Shown: positions 24,004 through 37,400 of the stretch, in pieces
How positions within the stretch are numbered: position 1 is the first letter of the stretch
Layout of the letters: each line of letters starts with the position of its first letter
From: Tubiluchus corallicola
Lineage: Eukaryota; Animalia; Priapulida
Reading direction: 5' to 3'
DNA: 64,000 nucleotides
NCBI GenBank assembly: GCA_030141605.1
Contig: JAQGDQ010000248.1
Span: forward strand, 124,001-188,000
The notes under the pieces: generated by a model
What the model saw: only the letters and a program-made list of their open reading frames with translations
Told to the model about the DNA's origin: nothing
The model's database searches: none
Position numbers and translations under genes: made by a program

Positions 24004-25912
24004 GCAATTACCACGATACAGTATTGTTCATACCAGATAGTTTTTTAAATTGTTAATGATTGGTTGGTTCTAAAATGTTTTTTCTGTAGCTGTAGAGAAA
24101 TTGTTCGTACGGTTTACACTTTTTATTAATATAGAAATATTACATTTTGGATTAAATTGTGGTGCTTTATAAAGGTGTAAGTAGAGTTAGCAGTGCCAGA
24201 TTTCTTTTTCTTTCAACAAGTTTGTTTAACACTTTAGGCTGCTCAGTGGTTCATGTTGCACAGTAAGTCAGCCTAACTCCTTCATATATGTGTCTTATTA
24301 CACATGGGTGTGTCATGTGCATAATAACTGGATAACTTGTGTTTTGAAGTTTCCCAGATTTTATAATTACATTTTACCAATATAATTACTTAACTTTGGC
24401 ATTTCCTCTGCTGAAATAGTTGAATGTTGATTTTACTTATGAAATTTAAGGTAGAACTCCGTGTAAGCAAGCCTTGATACATAGTACGTATGCAATACTT
24501 TGTATTTAATCACGTTTCCACATGTACGTGGCACACAATCCGTATTGCATGTGTGATCCGTATTCACTCGAGTGTAACCGCTATTGTCTGAATATGTATC
24601 ACAAAGCAATGTGTGGATGGCAAGTCGCCTTGCCTAGGGAGTTTTCAGGTTTCCAGTTTTCACTGATTTCTTTATCACTGTAGCGCTAAAATTTCAACAG
24701 ACATGGCTTCCAAAATTTTTCCTTCCAATTTTCATGATGAGTGCCATGTGCTTTGTTAATATGCATAGCATTCATGGACACAGAAATGGTAAATACTCAT
24801 CAAGCATTACGGATCACGCATCACGTGCACATGGAGTCCTACCTTTAGACTTGTCAAAGACATTTTACCTGTATTTGTGCCACCCATCTTTCAACTCAGA
24901 ACTTCACGAACCACATCTGTACATTATTCAAGCAAGAAAGCGGTTATTAATTCTGTGCTTGACAGACTTTGTGAATGTGAGGAGAGAGACACTTATTACT
25001 GCAATGCAAGATACAAGAGAAACCAGTGGCTGTGTGTTATTTATTTTTATATTATATTTGACTAACCCATTACTGTTGCGACTAATAATGATGCCCTTGC
25101 AGCCGCAGCTCAGTTACAAGTATTATGTTCACAGCTTTTCAAAATACGTTCGTAGTTTTTTTTATTATCATAAGTCATTTCATGGGATTTGTATCACCTT
25201 ACACAACCTAAAATTTAAAACTATAAATCAAGAAGAACTGCATCGGAAGTTTAATAGAGCTGTCATGTCTACCCGTATTGATTATAAATCTTAATAGAGA
25301 ACATAGTAAGTAATCTTGTTTAATATACTACGTATGTTGCTGACCACAACCATCCCTGTGGAGTTTTCACATGACACGTGTAAACATTTTTCTGATAAAT
25401 TGTTCTAAAGGCAGTCATACGATGTTTCGTAGTATTTTATTATTTTTGACATTTGTATGTGCAACAAACAGTACACTGAACTTTATGTATAATAATAAAA
25501 TTGATTTGGTAATTTTGTTCACTTTTGTCATTTATTTGTGACTCAGTAGTATGATATTATACATCACTTCAAGCCAGGTCAGCTGCTCAAGTACGCAAGC
25601 CTACGTTGAACATATCGGGTGGCACAGAAAAATGTGCCAGAATTTAGACTACAATAATTTTCTAAGCAAGCGACTTACAAAGTTGAAATTTTACAGCGTG
25701 ACATTATAACCTTTGGCTGTGAAAGTTAAAAATTTATCATTTTAGCAGTTTTTAAGTTATGGCCAAAAGCTTTTGCATTTAAAAATAAATGTTAGAACAT
25801 TTATGCGCAATGCAATTATTGTATTAGCATCACTTTGATAAAACAGGTGCAAACAAAACTATAGTAATAAAAACGAATGAAAGCAGCAGAAGACTAGTAG
25901 AATAGAATTAGT

Positions 25913-25918
25913 TTATTA
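25913..25918 (-). terminator. Candidate polyadenylation signal of XRRA1 (AATAAA on the minus strand)
   Basis: TTTATT on the plus strand about 410 nt past the stop codon, followed on the minus strand by a U-rich tract. Confidence 0.45.
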
Positions 25919-26329
25919 ATCAATATGGCTCAACAAAAATACATTGTATATAACATAAAACAAAATTATTGGTAATCCAATAAGCATCCTGTATGCAATG
26001 GATACATCATTGGTGTCTTAAGACTAGTACAATCCATACTTCTATATGTACCAGCAAGTAGCCATTGTTGATGTTTCCATTGAAAAAGATCCCTTTTTAA
26101 CATGAACTGTGCAAAACGGGATGAAATGACATTACTAACAAATATCCACAATACCAGTCTGATAATAACGCAAAACAGTAGTTATGATAGTGCTGGGAAA
26201 ACGTTAGAAACTATTCAAATAATGACATTATCAGTCGACACTGTGGAAGCCTTTTATTCATTTAAAAACAACTGTCAAAATATCAAACACATTTTATTGC
26301 TAGAGTAAGTTCCTAAGTGAAAATATTAA

Positions 26330-28445
26330 TTACGTCTCGAGTCTGTCAAAAGGCTGGTTGCCACCTTGTGAATCTGATTCTTTAACTTCTGTTTTCAGGC
26401 TGGAATTACGTGCTTTGTGGTATTTCTGTTGTACCTGAAATAAATGTATGAACTTTATGTATATTGGCTGCATCGTACTTTAAACAGAAATAATCATATG
26501 AACACTTTCGACTCAACAATTGGAAACGACTTCATTCAATTTTTTTACTGTAAGGGTATTTGTTATCATACGTCTGTCCTATAATTAATTTGCTGGAAAT
26601 ACCTTCCGAGGATGATATATATATCCTCGGAAGGTATTTCCAACAAATTAATTATAGGGCAGATGTAAAATGTCTCTGTATCAAGGTTTTAAATGAGAAA
26701 GAAAGCAGTGAGAGAGACTAAAAGTTAAAAACAAATAATTTGCAAACCCGATTGAGCAATTTTACAGCTTCTTTGTACTCTTTGCTGTACTCTGCCTTCT
26801 TTTCCATAATCTCAGAAAGGCTTTTCTCGCTTACATTTGTGCGCTGTAGATTTGACATGGCCATGGCTGTCCGTGCTCGGTTTCTTGATGCGGTAGCTAA
26901 AAACTTTATTAAAAACAAATTTACAATAACGCATGGTGCACAAGTGTTTCTTTTTCATAAATTTTGATGATTTTTCTTTCTAACTTTTGGCAAATCAACA
27001 AAGAATGTTCTCCTACCCAGGTCATCTTTAATAGAATTTCAAATGACCTGCTCAGAACAGTTTCAAGAACAAAACTTTTGACTAATTTATGTGCAAATTA
27101 TAGGCCTAATGCTAAAAAATTCCACTGATTTCACATGACATATGGCATATTGTTAACACACAAGTTTTTTGTTTCTACTTAATATTTTATACAGAACACT
27201 TGACTTCTGTGAAACTAACAACTAATAGTGATTATAATAATCATTTCATCGCCATCACATTTCTCCATACGTGTAGAATAAAAAAGAGATAGAGATTTTC
27301 TGAACAAAAAAACAAGAAATCACAACTTCAAATCTGACTTTAGACCTTTTTGATTGTAAGTGTGGTCTTTGAACTTTGATGTTTCATCTCCATATTCATG
27401 CTGAATGTGTAGAGGTTTCGCAGCTTCCGTACCTCACTGCAAATGGTCTCACATGATTTGATATACTGCATTCCCAACTGCACTGTAATTTTTATCTCTA
27501 AAACTTTTTCCAACTGTTCACCAGGTTTATTAATGTTAGTATCAACCACCCATAATCTCTATGACTGTGACTTTTGACCCTTCCTTTTCAAATTCACATT
27601 TAAGTCAGTCACGATGAGTAATTTCGCTAGTTTCAGGTATTACCTAGTGACTTTCCAGATATTAACGACAGATGAACAAGCAAGCAGATAAAACCTTAAC
27701 AAGTAATGATTCCGTTCCATAATGGCACATTCAAATTAGCAAGTTTTCTGTTGTAAATTTTCTCTCTGACAGCAGACTGGCAACTGTGAACTACTTTGGG
27801 AGTTACTTACTGTCGGCAAGTTGTTGCAAACTCTCCAACAGTTGCTGCGAGTTAATGTCTGAATGCCTCGGCAAGTTACTCTCTACACTTCTCGCAATGA
27901 ATGGAGAAGGAAGGTCAACTCATGCTTACTATCTGAGAGTAGCTCTCGGCAAGTTATGATCTCTAGCCCGAACATGATTGAGAGTTACTCGGCGAGTTAA
28001 CTTTGCAAGAAAACTCGCTAGTCTGCACGTGCCATTAGAATAAGAATACTAACCGTTATTTTCTGCGGTGGTGATCGTGTGTCTTTTTCAATGGGGAGAG
28101 GTTTATCGTGAGTGCCAAAACTAATAAGATTCTTCAATGCATTAACACTGCCAATAAAATCTGAAGAAAGTTTAATGCTTAAAATCAGAAGTTGTTTTAT
28201 ATATTTCTGTATGAACACTTCTGCACAAATTATATTAAAGAATTCTATTTCTCTGGCTCAGAATAACTTAGTGGTTGCAGTGTATGCTTGAGCACAATGC
28301 AGCTAAGCAGTGCCAGTAAATGCTAGTAATTGGACGTGTGACAGTGAGAAAAACTAGTTCTGTCACTATATATATATAGTAGTCTATATATATACTATAT
28401 ACTATACTATATATATATAGTAGTCTATATATATACTATATACTA

Positions 28446-28483
<38 letters not shown>

Positions 28484-31400
28484 CCAAAATATCACAGCTA
28501 CATGTAAGTGCAAGAAATGCGCTAAGGCTCACAATAATTATTTACCTGTTGGTAGTCCCAGAGTATCATCATCAATTTCATCATTATCCGTTTTCGAAGA
28601 CAAATCACTGCACACATCAGTTGTTTTAAACAGCTTATCCGAGCCGTGGGAGAGAGTTCCGGAACTCAAATGACTAGAAACTACATTAGCCTTATCAGCT
28701 TCAGGTAGCTATAATGTTAACAAGCATAAATCTGTTAAACATAGCACCACGTTGCTATGTTATATGAGATGGTGTACCAGCAAACAGTGGCAGTTCATAC
28801 TTCATAACAGAATAATCCCTCACAAATAGTTATGTAAAACTGCTTGAAGATGGTTAACTTGCTGTAATTTACAAACAATGCTATGAAAAATTGTAGTTTT
28901 GCTAATAATGTGCAATATTCTTATAATAAATAAAAATATTATTCTCAAATTATTATATTCTTGGCAAAACCAAAAAAGTTAACGATGACTGAAGTTAAAC
29001 CCTTTTGCTTTTTTGTCACACACTTTGTGCATACTGTAAACTTTGCAAACAAATTATGCAAAATTTGGGGTCAAACTTAGCTAGACATGATTGTTCTATT
29101 TTTTAACTTAATTTCAGAAAATATTGTGCATTAACAGTTTCATTCATCTTTCAATACATTAACTCTTCTAAGTACAGTGAGAACATTACAATGTCAACCT
29201 CTGTAATAAATATATTTTCATGATCTTGTTCGTTTTCCCACTGATCCACATTGTCTTCACCCTTCCAGGACAATTTCAATGCTCTTTCGCTAATGTTACC
29301 AATTTCTTCATGTTTCAAATCTTCAGTTGATTTTTCTGCTCCAGTTTCATTGCCATGTGTCTGTAGATACAACATCTCTTCACTGGAGAAGTAAACTGGT
29401 TTACTTCCCCATAATTCGTTAAAAAATCTGCTGTCACTCGCACATCGTGGTTCATCTGCCATTTCATTCCAGTTTTTCGTGCGTAACAAACCTAAGAATT
29501 TAGAAATACAAACCTTAGATAAACAAACATTACATACACAATATAGCTCACAGCTGTACACATATTTAATTTGTGAAATATAGTTTGATTATTCAATAAA
29601 CACAGTTACTGTAGGTCCACTAGAATGTTACATTAAAAGGTTCAGTAATAACATGTTGAGTTAGCATTCACCGCAAGCATCATCTCATTTTGTAAATATT
29701 CTTGCAGGCTGATGTACAATGTTTAATAGGGCTCCTTTGTTTGTTGAAGGTTGACTTTATTCACTTATATTTGCTAATTTTTCCTTAATTAAGCAATTAG
29801 ACTAGCTAAAATTCATTTTCTATAAAACAAAATGTACTAACAATACAAACTGCTTAGCTTTCTTCATAGACTTAAATTCTTCAGCAGGATGTAGACCACA
29901 GATACCTTCAATATACACATAATTCTAAAATCGTATATGCTTAGATTTGAGAGACTGCCTTGCTAGTATTTTTATGCAACTACAGCTGGTTATAACTGAA
30001 GTCATTACGTACCATTAGGATAAGAGAAAGATCGTCCAATGTTTTTTAGACTGATTTTTGAACTAGCTTTTGCTTGAAGTTGCTTAGTCACACTTAGTTT
30101 AGGACTGTCTTCATCCTGTGAATTAAGCACAGTATATGTACAACTGCATACATATATTATATACACTATTATATGTGGATAATAAATTTAGTCACATTTT
30201 ACAACCATTTAGACTCTGCCTGGATTTTATCATACACATATACATAGTGCACTAATTAATGAACGAAAGTGCAAGTTCATCTTTATACATTACAGCTTTG
30301 AAAATGTAATAATATCAGTGACTCACTGATTAATGAGCTTACCAAATCTACTTTCCTGGTGCGGCGCGGCACACAAACGGGTGGACGTAAAACTTTCTGC
30401 GGCTTAGACCTTTAATGGAAGAAAACACTATATCTTAACTAATCAGGCAACTTGTGAAGAGGTCCAACACTGTAATATTAGGCAAGAATATCCCGACATT
30501 CGAAAACTCATAATTTACCCTGTACACGATGAAAAACAAATATAAAGTAACGCTGTATCTAAAAGACTAAAGACATTTAAACAAGAAGCATAAAGCTAAA
30601 ATAAAAGTAATAATGTTAAGGACGAAAAAAGAAAACTCACAGCTTTTAAAACTAAACTTGATCAAAAGAAAGAAAATGCAAAAAGATTGTAACTGAGTAT
30701 GAAGGTTAACTGAGAACTTTCTGCTACAAATTCCACATCTAGGCCAAGCTTATTATGATCATTACTTTGTTAGACAAATTAAGCATCCACAATAATAAAA
30801 TTGATAAAAATTTGGTTGAAAAAACAAACAACAATATTATAATAAGCAGCAATGTGTACGACTGATATTTTCATAAAAATGTGCCCTGTAGCTTTCATTT
30901 TAGTCTAATTACTAATGTGAAGTAAATTACTTAACGCAATTAACACTATTTTATTTGCTTATCTTAGCTTATTATTATTTATTAACATGAATCCCTGCAA
31001 TTAGATATTGACAAGATAAAAAGACCAGAAGAAAAAAGAATTCACTTGAAATAAGTGGACCATTTAGTAGACTAAAAAGGCATGAAATGTCAAATTTCGA
31101 AACACTTTAAATTATCAAATGAATTTCTTTACCTTATAACAGTAACACCTTTCTTGTTCACTAAACACTCGTTAATTAACGGTGGGCATCCTTTAGTTGA
31201 GCTGATTAAGGGGTTGTTGTACAGAATTAACTCTGATAACAAAGGCCAATCCGCAACACATAACACAGAATGCTCATCCATTATCTGAAAAAAAGCATAA
31301 AAGTGAATAATACAAAAGACAATATTTTTATTTTTAAAAAAAACATCTTAAACTATAGCTCAGTACAATTTACACTAGAAAATTTGAAAGGAAACATACT

Positions 31401-34400
31401 GTTTTTTTAATGATTTATGTCAAAGAATTATTACTTCAGAATAATAATTTTGCATTTGCACGACTATTAGTACATCAAAAAGATTTTCCATACTAAGTTA
31501 CCATACTAATTACTTACCAGTAGACTTACCTGTTTGAAAGACTTACGTAACTACAAGAGAAAATTCTTAGCATTTTAAAATGTTGGAACCGCTTGGTAAA
31601 ATGGCAGTGCATCACCACCCCAGCATGCACCACTGATTCACCAAAAAACAGATTACTGGTCTTACTGACAAGATAAGAAATTTTCGCTTTTGTTTAGTTA
31701 GTGAAGAATGTGCTACGAATGCTCTATTATTTTTTCAAACTTAATGCAATGTTATCTAAACTTGTGTCAAATAACTTACCGTTACAGTGGCTGTACCTAA
31801 CGGTCATTGTGGGAGTGTAAATTCACTAGTTTTACACAGCGTTACTGCTAACGCAAGCTCTATGCAGAATAAGACTGTGTGTGAATGACGTAAAATTTGA
31901 AAACAAATTTTTAAAGTTCATTTATGAAGTGTTTTCTTGTGCTTTAAGGTCAAGTTCTTTTATACATTCCATTATTTCAGAACTTCATTTTCTAGTCTAA
32001 TTGTTGCTTTACCTTCAGGTTAATGTTTCTCCTTTACTTGCACATATAAATATTGAGTTTTTGTTTCATATCACTTTGAGACAAGAATCGTTCTGTATAA
32101 CACGATTCAAATAAAAAAAATCAATTTACTTTGTTATTTGCTATGTTCAGGTGAGTAAGATTGGGAAACGGTGCAGTGATGTCTTCGTAATGATCAGAGT
32201 GGACAATGACACTTGTAGAGAATGACTCTGGTACTTCAGAAACTCCACTGGCATCTAGAGATTCATCAACTGAATTTCTAGTTCTATGGTGGATAGCACC
32301 TGGCAAAGATACAAATAATAAAATCATTGAAGAATGGTAAGAAGTCAAAATGCATCTTTTGCAAATCACAAGCACGATTGTTCTTCGGTTGTGCTCTGTG
32401 GGTCTATTAAAAGTATAACATCTTCTATTTTATCTTCTATTTAACGATAAAAAGGTTAACTAAATAACCAAAAATACCCACAGAACAACATAGTTTCAAG
32501 AAGTATTTGTAATACTTCATAAGCAATGTAATGCTGCCATTCATAGTCTTTATTAAAGATCAAATGAGTCTTTTACGGCAGCCACAGCTTTCCATACCTT
32601 TCATGAACACGATCGATTTTATTTTATTATTTTTTATTTAATATCAGATATAATAGAACAATCTGATATTTCTTGTTGAAGCACAATGTTTAGTAACAAT
32701 CTCTAACCCTGAGAAAGCCAAATTAAGCTTAAAAACAACATTAAGTAGTGAAACCTATTACCTAACCGCTTCTTCATTCCAGCTATGGTTTTTCGTTTTG
32801 AAACATTATATTCATTTTTTCTATTACCCACAGGTGACCTAGAGTGGAGATTCTTTGATGAGAGACTTAAATTGCTGATTGACTGTCTAGGTCTCAAGCA
32901 AATCTCCGCAACGTATTTGCCCTGTTCAATGTATAATAGCGGTATAGCATTGATTCCATTTTCAATCATGTTTAATTCTTTCAACCTAAAAGCAAAAGTT
33001 CGAAATAAAAAAATTCTGCAAATTCTTGAAAATCTTATAAAGTGAAAAAAGTAATGTTTCACAATTAAATACCATCAAACAAAAAAAACAAAACAAAACA
33101 TACAAAAATAGAATTGCTACGAATGGAAAAACTACAAAGTACCCTAAAAAGCAGAAGGTCTGCATAACACAGCACACAGCATAAAAAGGTAATTATTTTT
33201 GACAAATTATCAGAAATTATACTATGCCAAAATTTTGACAAACTATTAGTAATAGATAGAAAATATAACATGAACAAAAAGTTTGTGTTATAAGTCAAGG
33301 ACTCGTGGTTCCAGTTCCTAACCATGAATGTAGATTTTACAATGTCATTAAAATCCAGCCTTGAAGAAGCACGGCAGGAAATAGGATATTACCTTTGTAA
33401 CCCAGCAAGACATGCAAAGACTTCTGGTTCATTTAAAGCGTTTTCTCTTAGCACAAGTTGCTCAAGACAAAGAAAATACTTTGACAACCTAAAAAAAAGA
33501 TGGCATTTCTCCTTAAAATAAAAACATTGTAATGCTCTGTTTTCCAGTAAAGCACAAACTAAGTAAGTCATAAATCCCCTTACAAAACATTACAGTCATT
33601 TGCAACAAAGTTGGCATGCTAACAAAAAAAAAACAATTAGACTATTGAAATCTTACTAACAACAGCCAAACCTTTTAATACCGCCCATTTTGAGACCAGA
33701 AAAAAGTTGGTGTTATAGCGAAGAGGGTTAAATTTTGACATTGACAAACCACAAACCTGATGTTAATGAGTTAAAAGAAAACTATTAAATTAAACATATG
33801 TGAATTAATAATTCATTCAAAATCAATCATCTTTATTAAGAAGTTTTTGTTTACATAATAAAGTGTCTTGTATTCAACTATATAATAGACTGTAGGCCTA
33901 CTGCTCCACTTAACATAAATTTCAACATAACTATAAATTTCTTTTGGAATTTGTATGGATGATCGTTTCTTGTACCAAAAAAGAGCAGTATGTTTTCTTG
34001 TTACTTGCCATTATGACTGTGTGGTGCATTAACAATAATATATCATTATGATTGTATGATGTATGGTACAGTTGCAAACAATTAAAACATGATACATGCA
34101 TTATTTTATAAGATACGTAATGTCTGCACTGTGTCTATGATTCAGCAGAGTGAACAGCAGCCTCGCACAGTCAGCCGACGCTTGCTGGCGTTATCTCCCC
34201 ATTGAACACATATATTAATTTGCCTGGCAGAGGCAGTACAACAGCTTATTTTTATCTACAGTTGACTACAGCCATTTTGTTCTTGGCCATTTTGCAGGCG
34301 GTAAACGAATTTGGCAGTGTAATGAGGTTTGACTGTAGAACTGTGCTAATTACTGTAAGACTATAAAATTGCACTGTTGTCTCTTTATACTGTAAATGCC

Positions 34401-37400
34401 ATACAGCTAAAATAGAAGTCACTTCAACTGTAATGTTTTCAGTAAAGTTCTAAAGGTTTCACCAAGTGAAATGTCAGAATAATTTAATAGTTCTCTTGGG
34501 TGATGCTTGGAAATCTTTTTCGCTACACTTATATAAAAAGCCACTCACTATATGGCACAAGTTGGATATTGCAGAAGCAAACAAAAATCCCCAAATACAA
34601 ATTAATGGGAAAAAATTGAACATCAAAAATAAAGTTACTGAATCAGTGAAATGGCAGTGCAAGAAAAGTTTTTAACTAGTTCTGCTAATTTCAGTCTGTA
34701 AATGAAAAGTTAACAATTAAATTAAGGCTCCATGTGCACATAATGCATGAAGCAGATTGACTGTTTCCATGTGTCTGTGAACAAAAGTGTAAGATATAAA
34801 TGCGAAAGACACATTCCTACTGGTTTTGTCTAAAAAAGATCAACTCTTACTATTCATCAATTGATGAATAATTTATTTACATAGACAAGGGAACCTACAG
34901 GGATGTACAACCTCTTACTTACTTCTCACCATTGACTTTGCTCATTTCTGCAGGTAATGAGTGCAAATTATTGCCAGCAAGATTCAAGATGCGTAAGCTG
35001 TGCAGAGAACCAAGACGCAGCACATCCTTGCTACTTATGTTGTTGTAAGATATATCTAAAACCTAAGTACAAACAAAAAGATGTAATATCAGAACACAAA
35101 CTAGCAGGTGAATTAATCAATTTATACTGGATTTTTAAACAAATGGTAAACCTTGCATCAAACTGGCTTCGACCTTGTTAGGTAAAACATAGCCTGTTGC
35201 ACTCCATTTTCACACTGTATGAATTTATAAATACTGTACCTGAAGAAGTGGAAAATCAAATTCCGTTATTTCAAGTGTTCTTAAGCCACAGAGGACTAAC
35301 TCAAGTTCTCGGGCTGATTGGAAATGCTTGTATGTATCTGAAAAGGACAACATGCATCAGATATTTTTGATGAGATGCTTATACGCACTTTTATTATAAA
35401 AAATTAACCCAATTAAGATAAACTGCAAAGTTTTCATATACTTTTGTGTCACAGTTTTCAAACACAACTTTAAGAGCTTTAATAGGCTTTACTGTCATTA
35501 TAAATATGTGGAATTTTTCTTGATTTTGCTTTTAACAACTGTAGTTATGTGAAGACAATGTGATGCTGTTTTCTTTTAACAATCAGCATCTTTCACATAA
35601 AAATTCATTAAGAAGTAAACTAATGAACTTTGTACATTACCTATTGGTAAGAGATTTTCTGAAGCATTAATGTAAGCCACATCACAAAACTCCTCTAGAT
35701 CGTCAGGCTTTGCCTGTGAATAACGGGAGAACTTTAATAACAGAGTGAACCTTTTGCAAGATCAGCTTACACTTATTTGCTATTTTTGGAAGTCCACTTT
35801 TACGTTTGAATGGCTGATATAAATATGCTACAAAATTTGAAATAAACTTGATTCACGTAGTTTTAAAAAGATACTCAAGTTACTTAAAAGCATGATGTGA
35901 TTGTTTGATATATATTGTGATGAAACATGCATGTCCAAGTTTTTCTAAGTTTATAAAACTACCAATTGTAAGACAGTGAATAACCAAATGCAATTACTGC
36001 ATTAGTAAAGTAAGTTTATGGGTAGCTTACCTCAGTAAAGTGTTGTCCACTGATATCAATAGAACAAAGATCACGAGGAGTACTAACACAACAGTGGGAT
36101 AACTATACGAACAAAAAGTTATGTGAATAATAATAATTAGCTTGTCATTAATATGCCAATAAAAATGGTCAGTTTATATTCAGTGAAAGTAACAGACTGG
36201 TAAAATAGCAAATTCTTTCCAAGTTTTTGGTTCTTAATACGTGAAGTTTTGATTTGCTTTTATAAACTGATTATATGCCACTAGCACAGCCTGTGGTAGA
36301 TTTATAAGTCCCACATGTCTATGATTACTTGGGGGAGTGGGGTGAGCATCAAATGTCTGAATTCGATTTAAGTGAGTTTCTTTAGCTCGAATTCAATTCG
36401 AACCTAAAAACCTAAAAATAAAATTATAAAATAATTTAGCACTTCAACTACAAATATATTAAAGAGCATGAAACAGCATCCAATCAGCACAATTTATCTG
36501 TGACTTCTGTGCACAATTTTTAAACAAATTATTAGTGTTTTTACTGCAAAACAAAATCAAGCAATTTGTATGATGTTTGCGAGACTGCTTTTGGTTACTG
36601 ATACGGAAATTTACTTGAACATCTTTAAAAAATTAATTCGATTTTGATTCGGATTCAAAGATGCAGAAATTTGGTTTGTTTCAAGTTCCGAGTTCACTTT
36701 CTGGTAGAGAATATTCACCCCCAGTGATTACAATACTTACCAAAAATTCCTTAGAAAATACACGTTCTTCAATAGGCTTAGTTAGTTTTTTTGGTAGAAA
36801 AATATCAACTGAATATCGATCATCTGAGAGAGAAACAGATGCTTCACAGCCTCTACGATATGCAACTGTCCAACCTGCATCTGTCAAAAAACAACTCATA
36901 CATTAAAATGATAATTTTAACTTGACATAATAAATGACATTTACTCTTTGAAATCACAAACATTTTGTAAATACCATGATCTCAAGTCCCAAAAAACTTT
37001 GTACAGAAAAGGTTGTACAGTTACAATTTTTCAAATATTATTCCATAAATAAATAATTTTATAAAATATTTATATTTAATTACATAAAAAGTAAACAACA
37101 TATTGCTCGACATCAGCATCTTTGCAGTTATGTGTACCTGCATAGGTATCACTGCATGGAAAGATCAGCAACTTGAGGAATAGTTGGTAGGTCTATCTGC
37201 TATGCCTCTGGCAGGCACATAAAAGTATAATTTGGCTTTGTGCACTTGTGTTGTAACAAAAAAATGTGGCAAGAGTTTAAGAACAGATGATAAAAAGTAA
37301 TATTACTATGCTAATGTGTATTCCATGTCCTTTATTAATATTATAATAATATGCCCCATCATCATTATCAGTGTTATTGATTATCGCGTGTACAATTTAC

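Noticed and set aside
24734-25294. 186-aa plus-strand ORF downstream of EIF2S3
   Set aside because: No recognisable motifs, and the composition is typical of translated AT-rich non-coding DNA; probably 3'UTR or intergenic.
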